Below, one piece after another: positions 7,655 through 15,649 of a DNA stretch of 18,010 nucleotides; the first letter of the stretch is position 1; each line of letters opens with the position of its first letter. Source of the DNA: Arcobacteraceae bacterium (lineage in GTDB: Bacteria > Campylobacterota > Campylobacteria > Campylobacterales > Arcobacteraceae). The translations under genes were made by a program, and so were the position numbers. The notes beneath the pieces are model-generated. The model saw nothing but the letters and a program-made list of their open reading frames with translations, had not been told where the DNA came from and searched no databases. The DNA is taken from the NCBI GenBank assembly GCA_048268245.1, contig JBLWVX010000043.1, positions 1 through 18,010 on the forward strand. Direction: 5' to 3'.

Positions 7655-9498
7655 AATAAATCTACACTAGATACCTGATCTTCTTTAAATCTTACAACTT
7701 TATCTCTACCTGTACTTTTTGCTTCATACAATGCAATATCTGCATTTTTAACAACAGAATTAAAGTTTGATGAATCTTGAGGGAACATTGATAAACCTAA
7801 ACTAATTGTCTTTTTAAGTTTAGCTCCTGCATATACTTCAATTTCATTTTCTCTTACTTTTTGAGAAATTTTATTTGCAACATTTAAAGCATCTATTTCT
7901 GAGTTTACACCAACTAAAAGAACAATAAACTCTTCTCCACCATATCTAATAACTAAATCTGATTCTCTTACACTATCATCTAAAATTATTGCTAATTCTT
8001 TTAATACTTTATCTCCAATATCATGACCATATTCATCATTCACTGCTTTAAAGTGATCCATATCAAGCATTAATACCCCAATATTAATCTCTTCTCTTTT
8101 TGCATAAGGAATAAGTTTTTTAGTATGTTCTTCTAAAAATTTTCTATTATAAAGTCCAGTTAAACCATCAGTAAATGCTGATTCTTGAAGTGCTTTCATT
8201 AAAAGTTTAACCTCTAATGATGGTGCTGCTTCATTTATATAACTCTTTATAAATGTAATTTGTTTTTTTAACTCTTCTATGTCCTCTTTATTTTCAAATA
8301 CAAAGTTTATAATAAGATTTACATTTTTACTAATTGCAACATTTGTACAATAATAAAAAAGGTTTTCTTTCTCAAAATATGGACAAGTATTATGAAAGTC
8401 CATTGAAATAACATCATTTTTAGTTCTAGCAGCTCTACAAACTTCAGGTGTTTCTTTTAAAGTAGTTTTACAACAGAACATGTCACCTTTTTGAATAACT
8501 GTAGTCATTTTATTCTTAGTCATTTCAATCTCAATAAAATTAAAAGCTTTTAAGTTAAATTTATTTGAGAATACTTGCGATAGTCTTTGATATATTTCAT
8601 CTCTTGAATCATCAAGTTCTATCTCTTTTTTGAACTGATAAAGATTCGATAGATTATCAATAATCTCTTTTGATTCATTTAAAGGATCTTTTCCATGTTG
8701 TCCTGTTTTATAACCAATAAAACCATGTAGTTTTTGTTCAATATCAATTGATGTATCTTTAAAATTAACCATTAACTTATTGTATTCATCTGTTAATGAA
8801 AGCATATCTTTAGTAAGACCTGTTGGTATTGAAATCTTTTTAAATTTTCCTTGAACAGCATTATTTATATTTACACTAAACTTCTCAAATAAAATTATAT
8901 ATGGTTTTAAAATTCTTCTTGAAAGATATACTATAATTAAGATAGCAAAAAATACAACTAATGTAATAATATAAATTGATTCTATTCCAATTTGCTTTAA
9001 TGCACTTATATCAAGTTCTAAAGATACTGCACCTAAAGTTTCCCCTGGGTTTACATTATGACACTTTAAACAATCAATATTTTTAATAGCAACTGCATTA
9101 TAAGGTATTGTAACTCTAACTGAAGTAGTTGTGAAAGTCTCTTCAATTTTATACTGCATTTTACCTGTTAGTAATACACTTTTATCTAGTGCATCTTTAG
9201 GTAATTTTGATTTGTCAATTCTATCAAATTGCTTATTTACTGGTTTACCTCTAACTAACCAAATATTTTTTACATTGTTCATATTAGATACAGAATCTAT
9301 AAAAGTATCTACTTGATGCATATTGTTGTTTAACATATGAGAAGTTAATCCACTTTTTACAACTTCGGAAATAGCTTGAGCATTATGAATTGCAGATTTA
9401 ATACCAATATTTCTCAAATTATATAGACTTAATGCGGTAATAATAATTGCCAATAAAACAACCATAACAACAAACTGTAAAATAATATTTTTTCTCAA
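7651..9498 (-). CDS. Membrane diguanylate cyclase with periplasmic heme-c (CxxCH) sensor domain
   Basis: Two transmembrane segments flank a domain containing CLKCH (9072-9058). TDGLTGLYNR, DMDHFKAVNDEYGH, RESD I-site, RYGGEEF (GGEEF at 7941-7927), ADIALYEAK..GRD. TTG start. Confidence 0.92.
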   Translation of the reverse strand: MRKNIILQFVVMVVLLAIIITALSLYNLRNIGIKSAIHNAQAISEVVKSGLTSHMLNNNMHQVDTFIDSVSNMNNVKNIWLVRGKPVNKQFDRIDKSKLPKDALDKSVLLTGKMQYKIEETFTTTSVRVTIPYNAVAIKNIDCLKCHNVNPGETLGAVSLELDISALKQIGIESIYIITLVVFFAILIIVYLSRRILKPYIILFEKFSVNINNAVQGKFKKISIPTGLTKDMLSLTDEYNKLMVNFKDTSIDIEQKLHGFIGYKTGQHGKDPLNESKEIIDNLSNLYQFKKEIELDDSRDEIYQRLSQVFSNKFNLKAFNFIEIEMTKNKMTTVIQKGDMFCCKTTLKETPEVCRAARTKNDVISMDFHNTCPYFEKENLFYYCTNVAISKNVNLIINFVFENKEDIEELKKQITFIKSYINEAAPSLEVKLLMKALQESAFTDGLTGLYNRKFLEEHTKKLIPYAKREEINIGVLMLDMDHFKAVNDEYGHDIGDKVLKELAIILDDSVRESDLVIRYGGEEFIVLLVGVNSEIDALNVANKISQKVRENEIEVYAGAKLKKTISLGLSMFPQDSSNFNSVVKNADIALYEAKSTGRDKVVRFKEDQVSSVDLF

Positions 9499-9605
9499 AT
9501 AACTACCTTAAATAATAATAAAAAATTGTACACTAAATCTTCTTAAACTAGTTATATAACAATTTATAAAAAATATTATATAATGAATTAAATAAAGGAT
9601 TATTA

Positions 9606-9869
9606 ATGTCAGAAATAAAAAATAAACTAAAAGACCTAGTAGAAAATGGTATGATTCCAGAAGTAGAACATTATATAGAAGATCTTCATGCACTACTTGA
9701 AAAAGGTGTTGAAACAAAAGATGATATTGAAGCAATAAAAGAAATGGAATCATTTTTAGTTGAACTTCAAAATATCTTAGCTGTCATAGAGGAAGATAGC
9801 ATGCCTCATGAAGAGTATGAAAGAATATATAATAATATAATTTCAAATATAAAAAAACATGAACATTAG
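9606..9869 (+). CDS. Small acidic helical hypothetical protein
   Basis: 87 aa, AAGGA SD, stop 2 nt before the next ATG. Confidence 0.75.
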   Translation: MSEIKNKLKDLVENGMIPEVEHYIEDLHALLEKGVETKDDIEAIKEMESFLVELQNILAVIEEDSMPHEEYERIYNNIISNIKKHEH

Positions 9870-9871
9870 GA

Positions 9872-11335
9872 ATGAAAACTTTACTTCTTAAAACAAACTC
9901 ATATTTAGCTGTTTTTTTTATTTGTATAGTTGTAGTTGCATTTTATATTTTTAGTTATAGTTTTTTTACATCAAAATTTGAAGAAATAGAAGACCATCAA
10001 AATAAAAAAAATGTTAACTCTTTTTTAACAATTATTGATAGTGAGTTATCAAGGGTTGAGAGCATAACAGTTGATTATGCTTACTGGGATGCTACATACA
10101 AATTTATAAATGATAAAAACAGCACTTATATAAATGAAAATTTTAGAGAAGCTACTAATACTTTAGAAGATTTAAATCTTGATTTCATGTTATTTACAGA
10201 TATCAATAACAAATTTATTTACTCAACCTATATAAACTCAGACTTCTTAAAAGATACAAAAAGCTTTGAATCTGAATTAATAAAAAACTTTTCAAATAAA
10301 ATAAACATATCTAACTTGTTCAAAAAAGAGATTATAGAGTATAAAAACAGATACTTTATCATTACAAAAAATGAAATTTCAACAAGTGATAGTATACAAA
10401 AACCAAATGGATATTTATATTCTGGAAAAGAATTAACTGAAAAAAGTATCAGAGAATTAGATAAATCATTTAAAAATATTAAGATATTAAGTAAAAAAAG
10501 TCATTTACCTGATTACATAAATAAAAAATCAGTTTACATAAAAAATATTAAAATAAGTACTTCTAAAAAAAATAATGAGATTATAAATTATGTTGAATTT
10601 TATAGTTTTGATAAGACTCATATAGTTGCTTTTGCATTAAGCAATGATAGAGAGTTTGTGAGAGAAGGAAGAGAAACAGTAGTATTTTATAACATTATAA
10701 CTACTACGATTTTATTGATACTTTTTTTATTGATTTATTTAAATATTAAAATATTACAAAACTACAATAGAACACTAGCAAAAGAGATTAACTTAAAAAC
10801 TCAAAAGTTAAAAGACTATAATGCAAAACTGAAATATTTATCACAAACAGATGAGTTAACAGGAATAAACAATAGAAGAATGTTTTTTAATGAGGCAAAT
10901 AAATTATTTAATCTTTCATCTCAAACACAAAAAAATTTAACAGTTTTAATGATTGATATTGATAACTTTAAAACTATAAATGATACATATGGTCATGCAG
11001 CAGGAGATGAAATATTAAAACACTTTTCAAGTAAAGTAAATGAGCTTTTAAATGGTAAATATGTATTTGGAAGACTTGGAGGAGAAGAGTTTGCTATAGT
11101 TTACTATGACCTAGGAGAAAATGAGGCTTATGAACTTAGTGAAAAAATAAGAAAATCTATTGAAGAAGATTCTCTTGTATATCAAGGTCATAAAATAAAA
11201 TATACTATTAGTTCAGGCTTTGCAAAGAAAAAAGATGAAACTAATTTAGATTTTACACTACATGAAGCAGATAAATTACTTTATAGTGCTAAAACAAATG
11301 GTAAGAACTGTATTATAAGACAAAGACATCTATAA
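9872..11335 (+). CDS. CHASE4-domain membrane diguanylate cyclase
   Basis: N-terminal transmembrane segment, DYAYWDATYKFI...YINENF (CHASE4 signature), second transmembrane segment, TDELTGINNRR, DIDNFKTINDTYGH, GRLGGEEF. No RxxD I-site (NGKY instead). Confidence 0.9.
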   Translation: MKTLLLKTNSYLAVFFICIVVVAFYIFSYSFFTSKFEEIEDHQNKKNVNSFLTIIDSELSRVESITVDYAYWDATYKFINDKNSTYINENFREATNTLEDLNLDFMLFTDINNKFIYSTYINSDFLKDTKSFESELIKNFSNKINISNLFKKEIIEYKNRYFIITKNEISTSDSIQKPNGYLYSGKELTEKSIRELDKSFKNIKILSKKSHLPDYINKKSVYIKNIKISTSKKNNEIINYVEFYSFDKTHIVAFALSNDREFVREGRETVVFYNIITTTILLILFLLIYLNIKILQNYNRTLAKEINLKTQKLKDYNAKLKYLSQTDELTGINNRRMFFNEANKLFNLSSQTQKNLTVLMIDIDNFKTINDTYGHAAGDEILKHFSSKVNELLNGKYVFGRLGGEEFAIVYYDLGENEAYELSEKIRKSIEEDSLVYQGHKIKYTISSGFAKKKDETNLDFTLHEADKLLYSAKTNGKNCIIRQRHL

Positions 11336-11344
11336 ATCAAAAAC

Positions 11345-11373
11345 TAAAAGTTAAGTACTATACTTAACTTTTA
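11345..11373. terminator. Perfect 13-bp hairpin between convergent genes, probable bidirectional terminator
   Basis: TAAAAGTTAAGTA-CTA-TACTTAACTTTTA, overlapping the RidA-family stop codon. Confidence 0.65.
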
Positions 11374-11714
11374 ACTGCTGTTACTATTAGTTCAATTAAA
11401 GTAGTTGTACTTGCCATATTTGTTTCAACACAAGCTCTTGCTGGAGGATTCTCTTTTGAAACCCACTCATCCCATACATTATTAAAGTCTTGAAAATCTC
11501 TATAAATATCTTTTAGAAAAATCTCTACTCTTAAAATACTATCTTTATTTGAACCTATTTGATTTAATCTTTGCTCAACTATCTCTAAAGCTCTTGCAGC
11601 TTGTCCTTTAATATCTAAAGTTTTATCATCAGATACAATTCCTGCAAGATATACAACACCATTATGTTCTACAATTCTACTCATTCTTTCACTAACTTCT
11701 TGTCTATTAATCAA
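11364..11714 (-). CDS. RidA-family protein (Rid2/YoaB-like)
   Basis: RMS.IV.HNGVVYLAG, IFLKDI, FNNVWDEWV, PPARACVE, IELIVTA. TTG start with AGGAG at 11724-11720. Confidence 0.9.
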   Translation of the reverse strand: MINRQEVSERMSRIVEHNGVVYLAGIVSDDKTLDIKGQAARALEIVEQRLNQIGSNKDSILRVEIFLKDIYRDFQDFNNVWDEWVSKENPPARACVETNMASTTTLIELIVTAVKS

Positions 11715-11745
11715 AATAACTCCTAATTTTAATAAGATTTCAAAA

Positions 11746-11754
11746 ATTATAGCA
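11746..11754 (-). promoter_or_regulatory. Extended -10 promoter for the RidA-family gene
   Basis: TGCTATAAT on minus, about 30 nt upstream of the start. Confidence 0.6.
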
Positions 11755-11794
11755 AGATTTCCAAAATTTAATTTTAAATTAATAAAAAAGTAAC

Positions 11795-11800
11795 TATAAT
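11795..11800 (+). promoter_or_regulatory. -10 box of the tRNA operon
   Basis: TATAAT 17 nt upstream of tRNA-Tyr, preceded by A/T tracts. Confidence 0.6.
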
Positions 11801-11817
11801 TTCGACCTCTTTAAAAC

Positions 11818-11902
11818 GGTGAGGTTGGAGAGTGGTCAAATCCTGCGGATTGTAAATCCGCCGCCTACGGCTTCGAAGGTTCAAATCCTTCCCTCACCAC
11901 CA
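11818..11902 (+). tRNA. tRNA-Tyr (GTA)
   Basis: Acceptor GGTGAGG/CCTCACC, anticodon arm GCGGA-TTGTAAA-TCCGC (GTA 11852-11854), long variable arm, GAAGG-TTCAAAT-CCTTC, A73, encoded CCA; 85 nt. Confidence 0.97.
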
Positions 11903-11920
11903 CTTATAGAGATACACTGT

Positions 11921-12007
11921 GCGAGTGTGGCGGAATAGGTAGACGCGTGGGACTTAAAATCCCATTCCGGTTTCGGAGTGTGAGTTCGATTCTCACCATT
12001 CGCACCA
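11921..12007 (+). tRNA. tRNA-Leu (TAA)
   Basis: Acceptor GCGAGTG/CATTCGC, TGGGA-CTTAAAA-TCCCA (TAA 11955-11957), long variable arm, GTGAG-TTCGATT-CTCAC, A73, CCA; 87 nt. Confidence 0.97.
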
Positions 12008-12022
12008 CTTTTTTAGAATTGT

Positions 12023-12111
12023 AGAGAGTTGACTGAGTTGGTCGAAAGTACCGGTTTTGAAAACCGGCGTGCTTAACGGCACCGGGGGTTCGAATCCCCC
12101 ACTCTCTGCCA
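12023..12111 (+). tRNA. tRNA-Ser (TGA)
   Basis: Acceptor AGAGAGT/ACTCTCT, CCGGT-TTTGAAA-ACCGG (TGA 12058-12060), long variable arm, GGGGG-TTCGAAT-CCCCC, G73, CCA; 89 nt. Confidence 0.97.
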
Positions 12112-12113
12112 CT

Positions 12114-13349
12114 TTAAATTCCTATTTGATTTTCTTTTCTTTCAATAGATGCCATTAATTTTTCAATTGTTTTTACTTGATCATCAAGCTCATTTGTTAA
12201 TTCTTTTATAGTTTTATTTTTTAAGTCTAACTCTTTAGTTAAGCTTCTTAGTTCATCTACAGCTTTATCCTTCTTTTCTCTAGTAACTTTTTCATCAGCA
12301 ATTACTTTTTTAATTTTTACACTAGCTTTCTCACTTGTTTCTTTTAATTTAGTTTCAAGTTGTTCTAACTCTTTTTTATAAAAAATTATTTGATTAGAGA
12401 ATTTAGCATTTCTTTCTTTTTCATTTTTAATTTGAGTCTCAATATTTCTGTAAAATGAAAGTTTATTTATTAGTTCATCAATTTTTTCTCTTGCTTGTGT
12501 ATTTATACGTCTATTTGCTTGAATATTTTGTGCAGCCTTTTTCTTAAACTTTTTTTGCTCTAACTCATCTTGAGTTGCAAGAAAACTTACCCACATATAC
12601 TCTTTTATATTTAATCTTTTTTTATCAATAACAGGCACAACAGTCAAATATACGTAGAAAAACTCTTCATTTTTTGAAATAAACCTAAGTTTTCCTTCCC
12701 AAATTTCGCCCTCTTTTACTTTTTGCCACATTTCATCAAAAATTAATTTATTAGTACCTTCATCTTTCAAAATCTCATAGCTACTGCCAACTAGTTCATC
12801 TACACTATAATTTGAAATCTCACTAAAATAACTATTTGCAAAGTTTATTTTTCCATTTTCATTTGTTTTTATAACTAAAGCAACTTCATTAATAACTTCA
12901 ATTATATCTTCTAAATCTTTTTGAGCTTGGACTCTAAGTTTTACATGATATTTATTTTGACAAATATTTTCAACACTAAAAACTAAATCTTTTGCATTAA
13001 TGGGTTTTTGTAAGTAATCTGTTGCTTGATAATCAATTGCTTTTAAAAGAGGTTCTATTTCTATTTTATTAGTTGTTATAATTATAGGGATATTTGAATT
13101 TAATTCTCTAATTGCTTTTAAGACTTCAAGTCCTGACATATCATCAAGCTTTTCAGAAACAATAACAATATCGAGTTCAAAGTTTTCATCTTTATTTTTT
13201 TTAAATTTATCTAGCCCATCTTTACCATTTTTTTCAGATATTACATTTCTAAACTGCTTACAAAGCATTTCAGTTAAATAACTATTATCTTTTTCATCAC
13301 TTTCAATATATAAAATATCAAGCTTTTTTAAAAATGCATAATTAAACAC
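12114..13349 (-). CDS. Atypical receiver-PAS-coiled-coil protein (paralog B)
   Basis: Receiver: ILYIESD, DIVIVSEKL, SGLEVLKAIRE, IPIII, DYLQKP. PAS: G.I.FAN..F, W.G, F.V..TVVPV. Long K/E-rich C-terminus. GTG start 4 nt after the upstream stop. Confidence 0.85.
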   Translation of the reverse strand: MFNYAFLKKLDILYIESDEKDNSYLTEMLCKQFRNVISEKNGKDGLDKFKKNKDENFELDIVIVSEKLDDMSGLEVLKAIRELNSNIPIIITTNKIEIEPLLKAIDYQATDYLQKPINAKDLVFSVENICQNKYHVKLRVQAQKDLEDIIEVINEVALVIKTNENGKINFANSYFSEISNYSVDELVGSSYEILKDEGTNKLIFDEMWQKVKEGEIWEGKLRFISKNEEFFYVYLTVVPVIDKKRLNIKEYMWVSFLATQDELEQKKFKKKAAQNIQANRRINTQAREKIDELINKLSFYRNIETQIKNEKERNAKFSNQIIFYKKELEQLETKLKETSEKASVKIKKVIADEKVTREKKDKAVDELRSLTKELDLKNKTIKELTNELDDQVKTIEKLMASIERKENQIGI

Positions 13350-13353
13350 TTAC

Positions 13354-14616
13354 TTAACCTTTCTTCTCTACTAATTGCTCTGTTCTATGTTTTACAACAT
13401 CCTCTAAGTCTTTAATCTTTGTAGCTTTTTCTTCTATTTCTTCTTTTATTCTATGGATATATGATTCTCTTACTTTAATTTCTTCTATTACTTTATCAAT
13501 CTTTTTTGTAGCTTTTAACTCTATATCTTTCATATCACTAGTCATAATTGAGATTTTATTTATTTTATCATTTACACCAAATGTCAACTGTTCAAATCTT
13601 CTTTTACTAGCTTTTAACCTATTTTCTAAGTTTTGTAGTTCTTCATATTTCTCTTTATTATCTTTTACTTGTTTATTAAGATACTCTTCTACTTTATCAT
13701 AACCATCATATCTTTTTAAATATTGGTTTAGTTCATCTATTTTTTGCTGTGCTACTTGATAAACTCTTTTTGTTTCTTGAAGATTGTATAAAACTTTTTT
13801 TCTATACTTTCTTTTTTCATTTTCTTCTTTAGTTGTAAGGAAGTTTACACTTATAAACTTTTTTATGTCTTCATTTTCGTTTTTACCAAAAACAGGAATA
13901 ATTGAAGCATTTGTATAAAAGATTGCGCTATCTTTAGTAATATACTTCATCTTACCATCCCATTTTTCACCTTCATTTATAAGTTCCCATTGGCTTTTAA
14001 GAACTTTTTTAGGCATTTCATGATGATATATTGCTTTATAATCATGCCCTAAAATCTCTTCATCCCTACATTTAACTACTTCTTTTAAAAAGTCATTTAC
14101 ATACACTATTGTTCCATTTACATCAAAAATAAATACCAATGCAACTTTATTAATTATTCTTAAATACTCTTCAACTTCATTTTGTTCAGATTCAATTTCA
14201 TCTTCTCTTTTTTTTACTTTACATACATCTTCTATTTTTATTAAAATTTCATCTATTTTTAGAGGTTTCATAAAATAAGCTGTTACATCTTGTCTTAAAG
14301 AGGTTAGAAGTACATCTATATCTGTATTTTGTATATCTGTAAAAAAGATAAAAGGAAGGTTTTTATGTTCTTTTCTTACATGAGAAAGTAAGCTTAACCC
14401 AGAACATTCAGAAATATTTGCTTCACTAACTATAATGTCAATATCATTATTGTTTTTCTTTGCATTATCAAAACTACTTATTGCTTCATCTACACTACTT
14501 GATGTAATAACCGTTTTAAAAAGTGCTTCAAATTTTTCAAGAAACTCTTTTTTTAATTCTTCATCATTTTCAACATATAGTATAGTTAATGTACCTAAAA
14601 AAATTTCATCTAGCAT
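13354..14616 (-). CDS. Atypical receiver-PAS-coiled-coil protein (paralog A)
   Basis: Receiver: ILYVEND, DIIVSEANI, SGLSLL..VR, LPFIF, YFMKP. PAS: G.IVYVND, HHEMP, W.G, ASIIPV. Long coiled-coil-like C-terminus. Confidence 0.85.
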   Translation of the reverse strand: MLDEIFLGTLTILYVENDEELKKEFLEKFEALFKTVITSSSVDEAISSFDNAKKNNNDIDIIVSEANISECSGLSLLSHVRKEHKNLPFIFFTDIQNTDIDVLLTSLRQDVTAYFMKPLKIDEILIKIEDVCKVKKREDEIESEQNEVEEYLRIINKVALVFIFDVNGTIVYVNDFLKEVVKCRDEEILGHDYKAIYHHEMPKKVLKSQWELINEGEKWDGKMKYITKDSAIFYTNASIIPVFGKNENEDIKKFISVNFLTTKEENEKRKYRKKVLYNLQETKRVYQVAQQKIDELNQYLKRYDGYDKVEEYLNKQVKDNKEKYEELQNLENRLKASKRRFEQLTFGVNDKINKISIMTSDMKDIELKATKKIDKVIEEIKVRESYIHRIKEEIEEKATKIKDLEDVVKHRTEQLVEKKG

Positions 14617-14710
14617 CTTATTTATTTTTCCTTATATGACAATATCTTACTATAAACTCTCTAAGTTAGGTTTTAAAAAATAACCTTTTATAAAGAAAAA
14701 TAAACTTTTT

Positions 14711-15073
14711 CTAGTAATTTTTATACAAAAGTACTTTTCCTACTATATGAACCTCATTTAAACTATAAACCAAATGTTTATAATTTGGATTTATTGACAC
14801 AAATAATTTTAATTTATCGTCATATTTTTTAATCCACATTCTATTCTCATAATAAATTAAATAGTTATTTTCATGAAGTAAATCTTTTTTTGATACATCA
14901 GTAACTATAATTGCTTTGTGTGTAATCAAAGGTTGCATTGATTGACCATCTACAAGTGATGCAAATAGTGATTCTTTATTAAAACTCTCTTTTATCATTG
15001 ATTCTTCAAAACTTATTGTTTTTATTTTATTATTATCAAACACATCTGTATATTCTAAAGTTATTGTTTCCAT
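14711..15073 (-). CDS. Stand-alone S24-family (LexA/CI-type) peptidase domain protein
   Basis: VDGQSMQPLI (Ser), WIKK (Lys), SINPNY, IVGKV. No N-terminal HTH. Confidence 0.78.
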   Translation of the reverse strand: METITLEYTDVFDNNKIKTISFEESMIKESFNKESLFASLVDGQSMQPLITHKAIIVTDVSKKDLLHENNYLIYYENRMWIKKYDDKLKLFVSINPNYKHLVYSLNEVHIVGKVLLYKNY

Positions 15074-15167
15074 AATTGTACCTTCTTTTTAAACTTTAGT
15101 TATATATATTGTTTTATTAAATACTAATTAATTTTTAAATAGTAAAATAAAATAAAAAAGTGAAAAT

Positions 15168-15647
15168 ATGTCAATAGAAAGTCTAAATACTGTAAATACA
15201 GTAGCTCAACTAATACAATTAGCTGTAGCACCTGTTTTTTTATTAGCAGGAGTTGCTGGTCTTTTAAATGTTTTTACAGGAAGATTATCAAGGATTATAG
15301 ATAAATTAGAAAAAATCGATAATTTTATTGACAATCAGAAAAACAGTGAAGATGAACAAAAAGCAAAAGAGAAATATAAAGATAGAAGGAAGTTTTTAAT
15401 TAGTAGAATGAAAAACATAAACTACTCTATTTTCTTTTGTACAAGTACTGGTCTTTTAATTGCAATGGTTATTGTAACAATGTTTTTAAGTGCTTTATTT
15501 AAATTTGAGGACTCTTTATTTATCGCTAGTTTATTTATAATAGCAATGTTGTCTTTTATCATATCTTTAATTTTATTTCTAAGAGAGATATACTATACTA
15601 CGTCATTCATAAATAAAAAGAAAACTACACTAAAAAATAAAGGTTAA
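15168..15647 (+). CDS. DUF2721-family membrane protein
   Basis: IQLAVAPVFLLAGV..LLNV.T.RL.RIID, L..R...I..SI, SL..FLREI. Confidence 0.85.
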   Translation: MSIESLNTVNTVAQLIQLAVAPVFLLAGVAGLLNVFTGRLSRIIDKLEKIDNFIDNQKNSEDEQKAKEKYKDRRKFLISRMKNINYSIFFCTSTGLLIAMVIVTMFLSALFKFEDSLFIASLFIIAMLSFIISLILFLREIYYTTSFINKKKTTLKNKG

Positions 15648-15649
15648 TA

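Noticed and set aside
9131..9316. 61-aa plus-strand ORF
   Set aside because: Antisense to the heme-c cyclase gene.
9508..9753. 81-aa hydrophobic minus-strand ORF
   Set aside because: Overlaps the better supported 9606-9869 gene and the divergent promoter; hydrophobicity reflects T-rich codons.
12023..12111. tRNA with 'TGA' as possible selenocysteine or suppressor tRNA
   Set aside because: Anticodon TGA reads UCA (Ser). tRNA-Sec needs anticodon TCA and an 8-bp acceptor stem; this one has 7 bp.
14435..14683. 82-aa plus-strand ORF
   Set aside because: Antisense shadow of receiver-PAS paralog A.
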